Source: Oceanispirochaeta sp.
Lineage (GTDB): Bacteria; Spirochaetota; Spirochaetia; DSM-2461
Assembly: GCA_963663385.2 (NCBI GenBank)
Contig: CAXXXD010000003.1
Span: 480,001 to 544,000 of the forward strand
Direction: 5' to 3'
Length of the DNA: 64,000 bases
Positions within the stretch are counted from its first letter, which is position 1, and each line of letters opens with the position of its first letter. Below are positions 56,703 through 64,000 of the stretch, in pieces. The position numbers and the translations under genes were made by a program. The notes under the pieces were generated by a model, which worked only from the letters and a program-made list of their open reading frames with translations, made no database searches and was not told the DNA's origin.

Positions 56703-59131
56703 GTTTCTCTGAGATGGGTTACCCTGAACTCCGGTTTTTTATTCTTATCCCCTGAAGGAGCCGGGATAAAGCGGACGATCTTTTTCTCTTCCGGCATAAG
56801 GAGAAAACCGTTATCTGAAAAATGCCCCGGAATACCGGCTGTCAGGTAGGTAAAGAATGCCGGCCTGTCACAGGTCAGGATCAGTTCGTATTCCTCTCCA
56901 TCGGACCGGACCTTCCTGGAAATACAGCTTGCCTGAAGATCGCACATACGGGGGACATGGAGGAACAGAAAATTCCGGAGTGTTTCATCCTCCCTTTCCA
57001 GAATAAGTTCCAGGAATTCCCCCCGTCTCTCTTCCTCGCTGCAGAGATCCTCTTCCAGTATCTGTAAGGCGCTGCCGGCCTCAAGGGACAGGTTCCCCGT
57101 CAGTTCCCGTTTCAGGGATCCGTCAAAGGACCTGAAATTCAGTCTGTAGGCGGCTTTAACGCTTTCCGGTTTATCGTTAATCAGGAATGCATTCAGTTTT
57201 CCCTCTTTCATCCAGGCTGTAATATGCACGGGACGGAAAAAACGGGCGGCATTATAATGCAGGAGCTTCCAGTCTCCCGAATATTCGATCGAAGACCAGG
57301 AGGCTACGGGCCAGTTGTCATTGAGCTGCCAGTAGAGTGCTCCCATGCAGACCGGGCGGTTGCTGCGCCAGTACTCTACAGCTGTCTGAATGGCCCAGGC
57401 CTGCTGGACCTGGCTCAGGTAGAGGAAATCCGGAAAACTCCGGGGGAAACGGAAATAACGGCAGAGGGTGGATAGGATGATCTCATTGCCCCGTTCGTTT
57501 TTCTGGTGATGCATCATAGATGGGGAACTGACATTCCATTCCTCTTCGGGGGCATAGGTTTTTACCTGTTCCAGGGAGGGAAAGGATTGGAAGCCGAATT
57601 CGCTGCAGAAACGGGGAAGGATGTCGTAGTAGGATTCAAAGGGTTTTCCTTCGTGCCAGACGCTCCAGTAGTGCATATCCCCCTTTGTATCATCGTGCCA
57701 GCAGTCGGAGTAGTCTCCTTCTCCGGCTGAGGGAGAACTGGGCCACCACTGCCTTTCTGGATCCAGTTCCCTGACAGCGGTTCCCAGAATGCCTTCGTTC
57801 AGGCGGTCGTAGTCCACCAGATAGATATCCCGGTTTTTCTTCGACTCTTCAAACCATGTGAGGGCTCCCACATCTTCGTTGTTTCCGCACCAGAGCGCCA
57901 GAGACGGGTGATTCTTCAGGCGGAGAATCTGTGCCCGGGCTTCCCTGCCCACACTTTGCAGAAACGCCCTGTCCGCAGGGTAGAGAGAACAGGAAAACAT
58001 GAAATCCTGCCAGACCAGAATACCCAGTTCATCACAGATATCATAAAAATAATCCGGTTCGTACTGCCCTCCGCCCCAGACTCTTATCATATTCATATGA
58101 GCCTCTTTGGCGGAGTTCAGAAGATGAGCCGTTCTGTCTCGGGTTTGTTCTCCCGGCAGGGCATCGGTAGGGATCCAGTTTGCCCCTTTGCAGAAAATAT
58201 CCCGTCCGTTTACACGGAAAGTCATGGAGCGTCCTACAGAATCGTCTTCCACAATAACTTCAATAGTTCTGAAGCCTACACGCCGTGTCTGCGACTGATT
58301 CCCCAGTTTCAGAATCAGGTCATAAAGGGGCTGTTCTCCCTGCCCGTTAGGCCACCACAGCCCGGGAGAGGGGATATTCATCTCCCTTGTATAAGAACTG
58401 CAGCCTGCCGGGATAAATACCTTCTCTTCCAGAGTGCTGCCAGCAACAGTGACAAGAAGGGGGAGTGAGGCCGCGGCTGAGGCTTCCGTACTGAAAAAAA
58501 CTTTCAGATTCCAGTTATCCGAATCTGTCCGTTTCAGGTCATAGTGAAAATCCCGGATCAGGATAGTTTCCGGTATCAGGGCAATTTCTCCGTAGACCCC
58601 GGCTGTCATAAGGCAGGGTCCCCAGTCCCAGCCGGAATGGCACTGTACTTTCCGTACCAGGTTCCTGCCGGGAGAATAGACGGGGTAGTACATAACCGGA
58701 ACAGGGTAGGGAAGACTTTCCGCCTTATCCAGAGCCGCCTGTTCTGCCGAATCCAGGTATATGGTAAAGGTGTTACTGCCCTGCTGAAGGAACTCCTTAA
58801 CAGAGATATCTACCGGGACAAACATGTTATCAGAGGTGTAAGCGGTTTTCCCGTTGATTTCGATTCGTCCCACCGTATCCATACTCTGTATTCTGAGACG
58901 AATGGAAGGTGAGGTTGTATCTTCTTCCTGCAAGTGTACAGTGCGGGTCAGAACCCAGTCCTGTTTATTGATCCACTGTACAGCAAGTTCGTTCCGGTTC
59001 CAGTAGGGGTGTGGCAGGATACCGCTCTTGATCAAGGCATTGGCTGTATCGTCGGGAAGGTTTATTTCCGTACGGATTTTCCTGTCTCCGGAGCAAAGCT
59101 CCCATTTCCCCTGCAGATTTATATAATTCAT
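56696..59131 (-). CDS. Beta-mannosidase (GH2)
   Basis: SGWDWGP, KGANWIP, RVWGGGQYE, CGNNE, SEFGFQS, WQLNDNWP. Confidence 0.94.
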   Translation of the reverse strand: MNYINLQGKWELCSGDRKIRTEINLPDDTANALIKSGILPHPYWNRNELAVQWINKQDWVLTRTVHLQEEDTTSPSIRLRIQSMDTVGRIEINGKTAYTSDNMFVPVDISVKEFLQQGSNTFTIYLDSAEQAALDKAESLPYPVPVMYYPVYSPGRNLVRKVQCHSGWDWGPCLMTAGVYGEIALIPETILIRDFHYDLKRTDSDNWNLKVFFSTEASAAASLPLLVTVAGSTLEEKVFIPAGCSSYTREMNIPSPGLWWPNGQGEQPLYDLILKLGNQSQTRRVGFRTIEVIVEDDSVGRSMTFRVNGRDIFCKGANWIPTDALPGEQTRDRTAHLLNSAKEAHMNMIRVWGGGQYEPDYFYDICDELGILVWQDFMFSCSLYPADRAFLQSVGREARAQILRLKNHPSLALWCGNNEDVGALTWFEESKKNRDIYLVDYDRLNEGILGTAVRELDPERQWWPSSPSAGEGDYSDCWHDDTKGDMHYWSVWHEGKPFESYYDILPRFCSEFGFQSFPSLEQVKTYAPEEEWNVSSPSMMHHQKNERGNEIILSTLCRYFRFPRSFPDFLYLSQVQQAWAIQTAVEYWRSNRPVCMGALYWQLNDNWPVASWSSIEYSGDWKLLHYNAARFFRPVHITAWMKEGKLNAFLINDKPESVKAAYRLNFRSFDGSLKRELTGNLSLEAGSALQILEEDLCSEEERRGEFLELILEREDETLRNFLFLHVPRMCDLQASCISRKVRSDGEEYELILTCDRPAFFTYLTAGIPGHFSDNGFLLMPEEKKIVRFIPAPSGDKNKKPEFRVTHLRETY

Positions 59132-59158
59132 CAGATTGGACTCCTTGGAATTTCAGGA

Positions 59159-60271
59159 TCAGGTGTAGAACTTCTGAATCAGTTCCTTGCTCATAAATAT
59201 TTTGTTAATCATCATACCTGCGGCTCCATAGGCAACCGCAAATTTCCCGTGAGTGGAGTAGTGGATAGTACATCTGTCCTTGAATATTTTCCGGTAGGCC
59301 CAGTTTTTGGAAATGGCTTCCTCCAGAACAGGTGTCAGTTCTTCCTTGTACTTGACAATATCCCCGCCCAGAAATATATGATCAAGGTTGAGGGTATTGA
59401 TCAGAAAGGCCATATGCCTTGACAGCTCGTCCAGAAATTCCATAAGGGCATCCCTGTCGTGTTCCATGCGTATAATTCTTTTATTCTCAATGGAGAACTG
59501 TCTGCTTCCTTCGTCCAGGTTGATACTCCGGAATTCACCGGCGGAAAAATCCTCTCCCCTGTGAAGTTTTCCGTTTAGTACAAACCCTATACCAAGTCCT
59601 ATATAATTCTGTTCTTCACTGGTTGCATTATGAAACTCTATCAGGGTGAACATGAAGTTTTTCAGGGAGGATGTACGGTGAAACACGATTTCTCCCCAGC
59701 AGCAGGCATTGGCATCGTTATCGATAATGCAGGGAATTCCGAATCTTTTTTCGATGGTATCGGTTACCGGAAAATTATCAATACCCAACGGGATGGAGTA
59801 CGCAATGCATCCTTTCTGATAATTAACAATACCCGTAATGCCGAGACCAATTCCCAGAAGAGGCGGGAGGGGTTTGTCTGAAATCTGCAGTTCTGCCATT
59901 ATATCATCAATATAGGAGAAGAAGTTTTCACGGGTTATCAGGGATTTCCGGTAAACCGATGAGATAATCTCTCCCTCCAGATTTACAAGAACACCCATAT
60001 AGAAATCCGGGTGGATTTCTATTCCGGCAATACAGCCGTAGGATTTATTGATCATCAGTTTTACCGGTTTCCGGCCGCCTTTGGGACCGGCTTCTCCCTC
60101 TTCCACTTCAAAAACACTCTTCTTTTCCAGAAGGTTGGTTACAATAACTGTTACTGTGGATTTATCCAGTTTCAGTTTTCTGGCAATCTCTATACGGCTG
60201 ATTCCATTATTCATCCATATGGTTTTGAGAACATTTGAAGTATTAATCATTTTTGTAACTTTAATTGCCAT
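59159..60271 (-). CDS. ROK family transcriptional repressor
   Basis: ISR.EIA..L.L.KSTV HTH, GGRKP, DNDAN, GIG.G, AGEF. Confidence 0.9.
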   Translation of the reverse strand: MAIKVTKMINTSNVLKTIWMNNGISRIEIARKLKLDKSTVTVIVTNLLEKKSVFEVEEGEAGPKGGRKPVKLMINKSYGCIAGIEIHPDFYMGVLVNLEGEIISSVYRKSLITRENFFSYIDDIMAELQISDKPLPPLLGIGLGITGIVNYQKGCIAYSIPLGIDNFPVTDTIEKRFGIPCIIDNDANACCWGEIVFHRTSSLKNFMFTLIEFHNATSEEQNYIGLGIGFVLNGKLHRGEDFSAGEFRSINLDEGSRQFSIENKRIIRMEHDRDALMEFLDELSRHMAFLINTLNLDHIFLGGDIVKYKEELTPVLEEAISKNWAYRKIFKDRCTIHYSTHGKFAVAYGAAGMMINKIFMSKELIQKFYT

Positions 60272-60397
60272 ACTATTCCACTTTATTAATTTATCCCTTG
60301 GGATACGACTAATCCGCAAAGGAATAGCCAGGATAAAATCATACAGGAAAACACCCCTGTTTGGCAGTAAAAAATGCTTTTTACCGCCATTTCCTGC

Positions 60398-61252
60398 TTA
60401 TTCTTTTATTGAACCGGCGGTAAACCCGGCTGCAATCTGTTTCTGAAAGAATATGTAGAAGATAATCATGGGCGCTGTTCCCATAACCAGCGCCGCCAGC
60501 TGCATCCCGTAGTCCCTCGAACGGCCTCCCGCAAAGGAGTTGATCCCAACCGGAAGACTTCGGATGGCTGCCCGGCTGGTCAGGGTAAGAACAAGAACGA
60601 ACTCATTCCAGTTTCCCATAAAACAGAAAATAACCATGGTTGTAATAACCGGCGTACAGATGGGAACGATCAGTCTTCTGAAAATAGTCAGATACCCGGC
60701 TCCGTCGATAACCCCCGCTTCAATAAGAGAGTCGGGGATCCCTTTAATAAAGGTTGTGGCCAGGTAAACCAGCATTGGCAGTCCAAAAGCAATATAGGGG
60801 ATAATCACCCCCATCCGGGAATCATCGATCCCCAGCTTCAGTTCCAGGACAAACAGGGGAACCAGAACGGAATGCACGGTAATCAACAGCCCCAGAGTAA
60901 AAAACAGATATAAAACGGCAGTCAGTTTTCTGTATTCAAACTTGGCAAATCCGTATCCGCACATGAGAGCAAAAATTACAGTGGCAAAGGTAGCCACAAC
61001 AGAATAGAACACACTGTTCAGAAAGTATGGTCCCAGGTGTCCCAGCTTGTAGGCATCGGCATAGTTTTTGAAAAAAAGACTGGTCGGAAAAGAAAAGGCA
61101 TTTCTGATGATATCGTTATGAGGTTTAAACGAGCTGTAGATCATCCAGAAAAGGGGGCCTACTGTCAAAATGGTATAAAATATCATGATTATATAGGAGA
61201 ACACTTTCCAGGGAATATTTTCCGCTTTATTATTGATTTGTGTGTTGGACAT
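60398..61252 (-). CDS. Carbohydrate ABC transporter permease
   Basis: EAG.IDGA EAA loop, WNEF, G.T.GSIK. Confidence 0.93.
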   Translation of the reverse strand: MSNTQINNKAENIPWKVFSYIIMIFYTILTVGPLFWMIYSSFKPHNDIIRNAFSFPTSLFFKNYADAYKLGHLGPYFLNSVFYSVVATFATVIFALMCGYGFAKFEYRKLTAVLYLFFTLGLLITVHSVLVPLFVLELKLGIDDSRMGVIIPYIAFGLPMLVYLATTFIKGIPDSLIEAGVIDGAGYLTIFRRLIVPICTPVITTMVIFCFMGNWNEFVLVLTLTSRAAIRSLPVGINSFAGGRSRDYGMQLAALVMGTAPMIIFYIFFQKQIAAGFTAGSIKE

Positions 61253-61260
61253 AACAGCTC

Positions 61261-62148
61261 CTACTCGTATCTTCGTTCGAATTTGCCGAAAATCTGCTGC
61301 ACAAGTGTAATCAAACCCACACTCATGACAACAATAGCCATGGATACAGCGCTTCCGAAACCGTAGTTGTAGTATTTGAATGTTGTCTGGTACATGTAGA
61401 TAGCAATTACCTCTGTGAAGTTGGCCGGTCCACCGCCTGTCATGGCATAGATCAGGTCAAAGCTCTTCAGACTTCCTGATATGGCAAATACGCTCGTTGT
61501 AAACAGAATGCCGAGCATGGAGGGAAAGATGATTTTAAACAGGATCTGACTCTCTGAGGCTCCGTCTATAATTGCCGCCTCAATAACAGAAGGGGATACT
61601 TTCTGCATATTGGCAATAAACATGATCATATACATTCCCGTGTACATCCAGAGTATGACAAACAGTATGGGTATAATTGCCAGCTGTTTATCTTCGAACA
61701 TCTGAAACACAAAACGCGGATCATCTTTAATGGCCCTGACCAGCTGGGTAAACAGACCCTGGCTGGAAAAAATCTGTCTGAAGAGATTGGCAACTACAAC
61801 ACTTGATATGGTAATGGGGAGGAAGATCATGGACTGAAAGAAATTCCCTCCCTTGACAAGTTTTCGATAGAGGATATAAGCCAGTACGAAACCAAGAGGA
61901 ATCTGGCCGAATACTGATATGGCAACAATCAGGAGGTTGTTTCTCAGACCATGAAGGAAGCGGGGATCGCTTATCATGTTTCTGTAATGTTCCAAACCAA
62001 TAAACTGAGGTAAGCCGTATCCTGTCCATTCTGTAAAACTCAGAAAGAAACTGTATAGAATCGGTAAAACAATAACCGAAGCATAAATTAATACGGCAGG
62101 GGCAATTAATATGGCATAACTGGTCTTTTTAAGACTTTTTTCTGTCAT
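61261..62148 (-). CDS. Carbohydrate ABC transporter permease
   Basis: EAAIIDGA, FD.IY.MTGGGP, G.GSA. Confidence 0.93.
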   Translation of the reverse strand: MTEKSLKKTSYAILIAPAVLIYASVIVLPILYSFFLSFTEWTGYGLPQFIGLEHYRNMISDPRFLHGLRNNLLIVAISVFGQIPLGFVLAYILYRKLVKGGNFFQSMIFLPITISSVVVANLFRQIFSSQGLFTQLVRAIKDDPRFVFQMFEDKQLAIIPILFVILWMYTGMYMIMFIANMQKVSPSVIEAAIIDGASESQILFKIIFPSMLGILFTTSVFAISGSLKSFDLIYAMTGGGPANFTEVIAIYMYQTTFKYYNYGFGSAVSMAIVVMSVGLITLVQQIFGKFERRYE

Positions 62149-62175
62149 AACGGCTCCATTTTTTAATAGATAGAA

Positions 62176-62204
62176 GATGCAGATCCGTGTTATGGATCTG
62201 CATC
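62176..62204 (-). other. Intercistronic stem-loop after the solute-binding protein gene
   Basis: 11-bp stem GATGCAGATCC/GGATCTGCATC; typical mRNA stabiliser or partial terminator. Confidence 0.65.
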
Positions 62205-62219
62205 ATGGTGTATTATATA

Positions 62220-63518
62220 CTATTTTCGGGCTGTATCGTTTGCTGCAACCCAGGCTTCGTACTCGTCGGCAACCTGACGGGGAGTTTTAGCCCCGAGCAT
62301 CATTTCCTGTATGGCAGGATGCAGAACTCCCATACCTTCCCCATCCATTACCGCATCGATAACAGGTGTCATGGGGGTCTCTCCCAGAAAGGCAATCAGT
62401 TTTTTGATCAGAACGGGAAGATCTGCAGGAGCTTCCAGTTTGTATGAGGGAATCCAGCCGAGACTTTGTTTGATTTCAGATCCTACAGGACCGGCCCAGT
62501 ACCAGATCCATTCCCATGCGGCATCGGCTTTTTCGCCTTCCAGCTTGACATTCATACCGAATCCTGTACCGGCAACCGCATCGGTCGACCCTGACATACC
62601 TTTCTGTCCGGGTATATCGGGGAAGGTCCTGAGAGAAACATAATCCTGCTGCTGGACAGTCAGTTCGGTTGCCAGGTTCTGGGCTCTCCATCCGCCGTCA
62701 ATCAGGTATACCGCTTCTTCTCTGACAAAGGCATCAAGAGCGAGTCCGTAGGAAGCCTGATTGATTCCGGGAGAGAACATATCTTTATCAGAAAGGGTTT
62801 TAACTACATCCAGTGCATCAACAAAGGGCTGATCGCTGAAGCCGGCTCCCTTTCCGCTGATGGCTTTATTGAACCAGTCCATTCCTCCTGCTCTTTCGGT
62901 CAGGGTAGAGAGGAAACAGGACTGCATCTGCCAGCCGTCTCCATTGTCCATGGCAATGGGAATCAGGCCGGCTGCCCTGATTTTATCACCCTGGGCTATC
63001 ATCTCTTCCATCGTTTCAGGGTAGCTCAGACCCAGTTCTTTCAGAAGCCTTTCATTTACAAAAACGACATGACAGACCGTTACCTGTTCGGGAAGTTCGT
63101 ACATTTCGCCATTTACTCCCTGGGGATCCATCGCCTTTGCGGCGAATTCATCCTCATGACCCTTAAGCCAGGGGCGGAGATCCTTGATCCTTCCGGATCC
63201 GGTGACCATTCCGGTTCTTTTGGCTGGCCACAGGAACATCAGGTCCGGCAGCTGATCCGCTACAGACATAGCCTGAAGTTTGTCATGATAAGGTTCGTCT
63301 GCAATAAACTCCCAGTCAATCTCGATACCGGGATTTTCCTTCTGAAAGGCGGGGTAGATAATGTCCCAGTTTGCAACGGCTGTTTCATCGGTAATATTGA
63401 GCTGATGCATAGCTGTCAGATGAATCTTCCCATCCTCCGCCGCTTTTTCCTGCTGGCCCCCTGCCCAGATTAATGTTGTCATCATACAGACCATTGCCAG
63501 TGATAAAAGTTTTTTCAT
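62220..63518 (-). CDS. Carbohydrate ABC transporter substrate-binding protein
   Basis: Signal peptide WAGGQQE, family 1 SBP motifs (LPD, P.T.EE, DGGW); AAGGAGG RBS. Confidence 0.92.
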   Translation of the reverse strand: MKKLLSLAMVCMMTTLIWAGGQQEKAAEDGKIHLTAMHQLNITDETAVANWDIIYPAFQKENPGIEIDWEFIADEPYHDKLQAMSVADQLPDLMFLWPAKRTGMVTGSGRIKDLRPWLKGHEDEFAAKAMDPQGVNGEMYELPEQVTVCHVVFVNERLLKELGLSYPETMEEMIAQGDKIRAAGLIPIAMDNGDGWQMQSCFLSTLTERAGGMDWFNKAISGKGAGFSDQPFVDALDVVKTLSDKDMFSPGINQASYGLALDAFVREEAVYLIDGGWRAQNLATELTVQQQDYVSLRTFPDIPGQKGMSGSTDAVAGTGFGMNVKLEGEKADAAWEWIWYWAGPVGSEIKQSLGWIPSYKLEAPADLPVLIKKLIAFLGETPMTPVIDAVMDGEGMGVLHPAIQEMMLGAKTPRQVADEYEAWVAANDTARK

Positions 63519-63588
63519 TTAATAATGCCTCCTTGATTATACCATCTCCGATTCCTAAAAGTTGAGCCGGAGCCACCTTGTTTGGTAG

Positions 63589-63641
63589 GTTGGATTTAAA
63601 ACCAACTAACATCAGTATAACTCAGTTCGTTTATCTGTCAA
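63589..63641 (-). promoter_or_regulatory. ABC operon promoter and candidate ROK operator
   Basis: TTGACA (63641-63636)-N16-TATACT (63619-63614); near-perfect palindrome GTTGGATTTAAAACCAAC at 63589-63606. Confidence 0.65.
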
Positions 63642-63717
63642 GAAAAAAAGTGTATAAAAAAGGCGTTGAAAACCAACTTCCTTTACAGCCATTGAAACTG
63701 AATCAACTCAATACAAG

Positions 63718-63999
63718 TTATATAATTTCTTCTCTCAAGGCCGCTTCCTCATGAGGCATTGTCCTATGGTAGGGACGGAAATAGGTTTTGGGAGAGTAGT
63801 CATACAGATCGGACACTTTTGTCATATAGATGCAGGCATATTTCTCTACCTGTTCCGCATAGCGGCTCTCATCATAACCGGCCCGGAGTATCTCTCCCCA
63901 ATAGGGGTTGAACAGCTTCTTGTATTCCCCCAGCAGTTCGGAAATGCGGACATTCAGATCATCCATCCGGTCAAACAGGGTATTGATACGGTTCCGGGG
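63718..63999 (-). CDS. HAD-IG 5'-nucleotidase (cN-II family), C-terminal part only
   Basis: FNPYWG..LRAG..ES..A.QVE.YACIY...VS.L and MPHE motifs; frame open to the window edge. Confidence 0.8.
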   Translation of the reverse strand, partial: PRNRINTLFDRMDDLNVRISELLGEYKKLFNPYWGEILRAGYDESRYAEQVEKYACIYMTKVSDLYDYSPKTYFRPYHRTMPHEEAALREEII

Positions 64000-64000
64000 G

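Overview
Bacterial chromosomal window, probably from an anaerobic, saccharolytic free-living spirochaete (inferred from gene content, not verified). It holds about 58 CDSs and no rRNA, tRNA, CRISPR array, transposase or integrase that I can recognise. Main blocks: (i) a partial N6-adenine DNA methyltransferase, HD-GYP protein, hsp20 with a sigma-54 promoter, proA, an acyl-CoA synthetase operon with a DUF523(TudS)-GNAT fusion and rnmV, and a GH20 hexosaminidase; (ii) a ~12 kb GntR-controlled catabolic locus for an unknown organic/sugar acid: TctABC transporter, divergent PdxA, TIM-barrel epimerase, VOC protein, split transketolase, Fe-ADH, LarA-family epimerase and an Asp/Glu-racemase-like protein, with four copies of a TTGTATAC(A/C)A-type operator; (iii) an AT-rich ~8 kb signalling island (PHP, MCP, GGDEF, HD-GYP, membrane LuxR) bounded by a 14/15 inverted repeat but lacking a transposase; (iv) a 7TM-DISM chemoreceptor, a mazEF-like pair and a hydE-aspA-hydF operon with a structured upstream element, then a candidate sRNA; (v) a GT4 glycosyltransferase, nfeD-floA, a CheX-domain protein, and a locus with two GH2 beta-mannosidases plus ROK, AraC and an ABC transporter. 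The best candidates for undescribed biology are the IR-bounded c-di-GMP cargo element and the apparently kinase-free acid catabolic pathway. All family calls come from motifs read by eye; no database searches were run.
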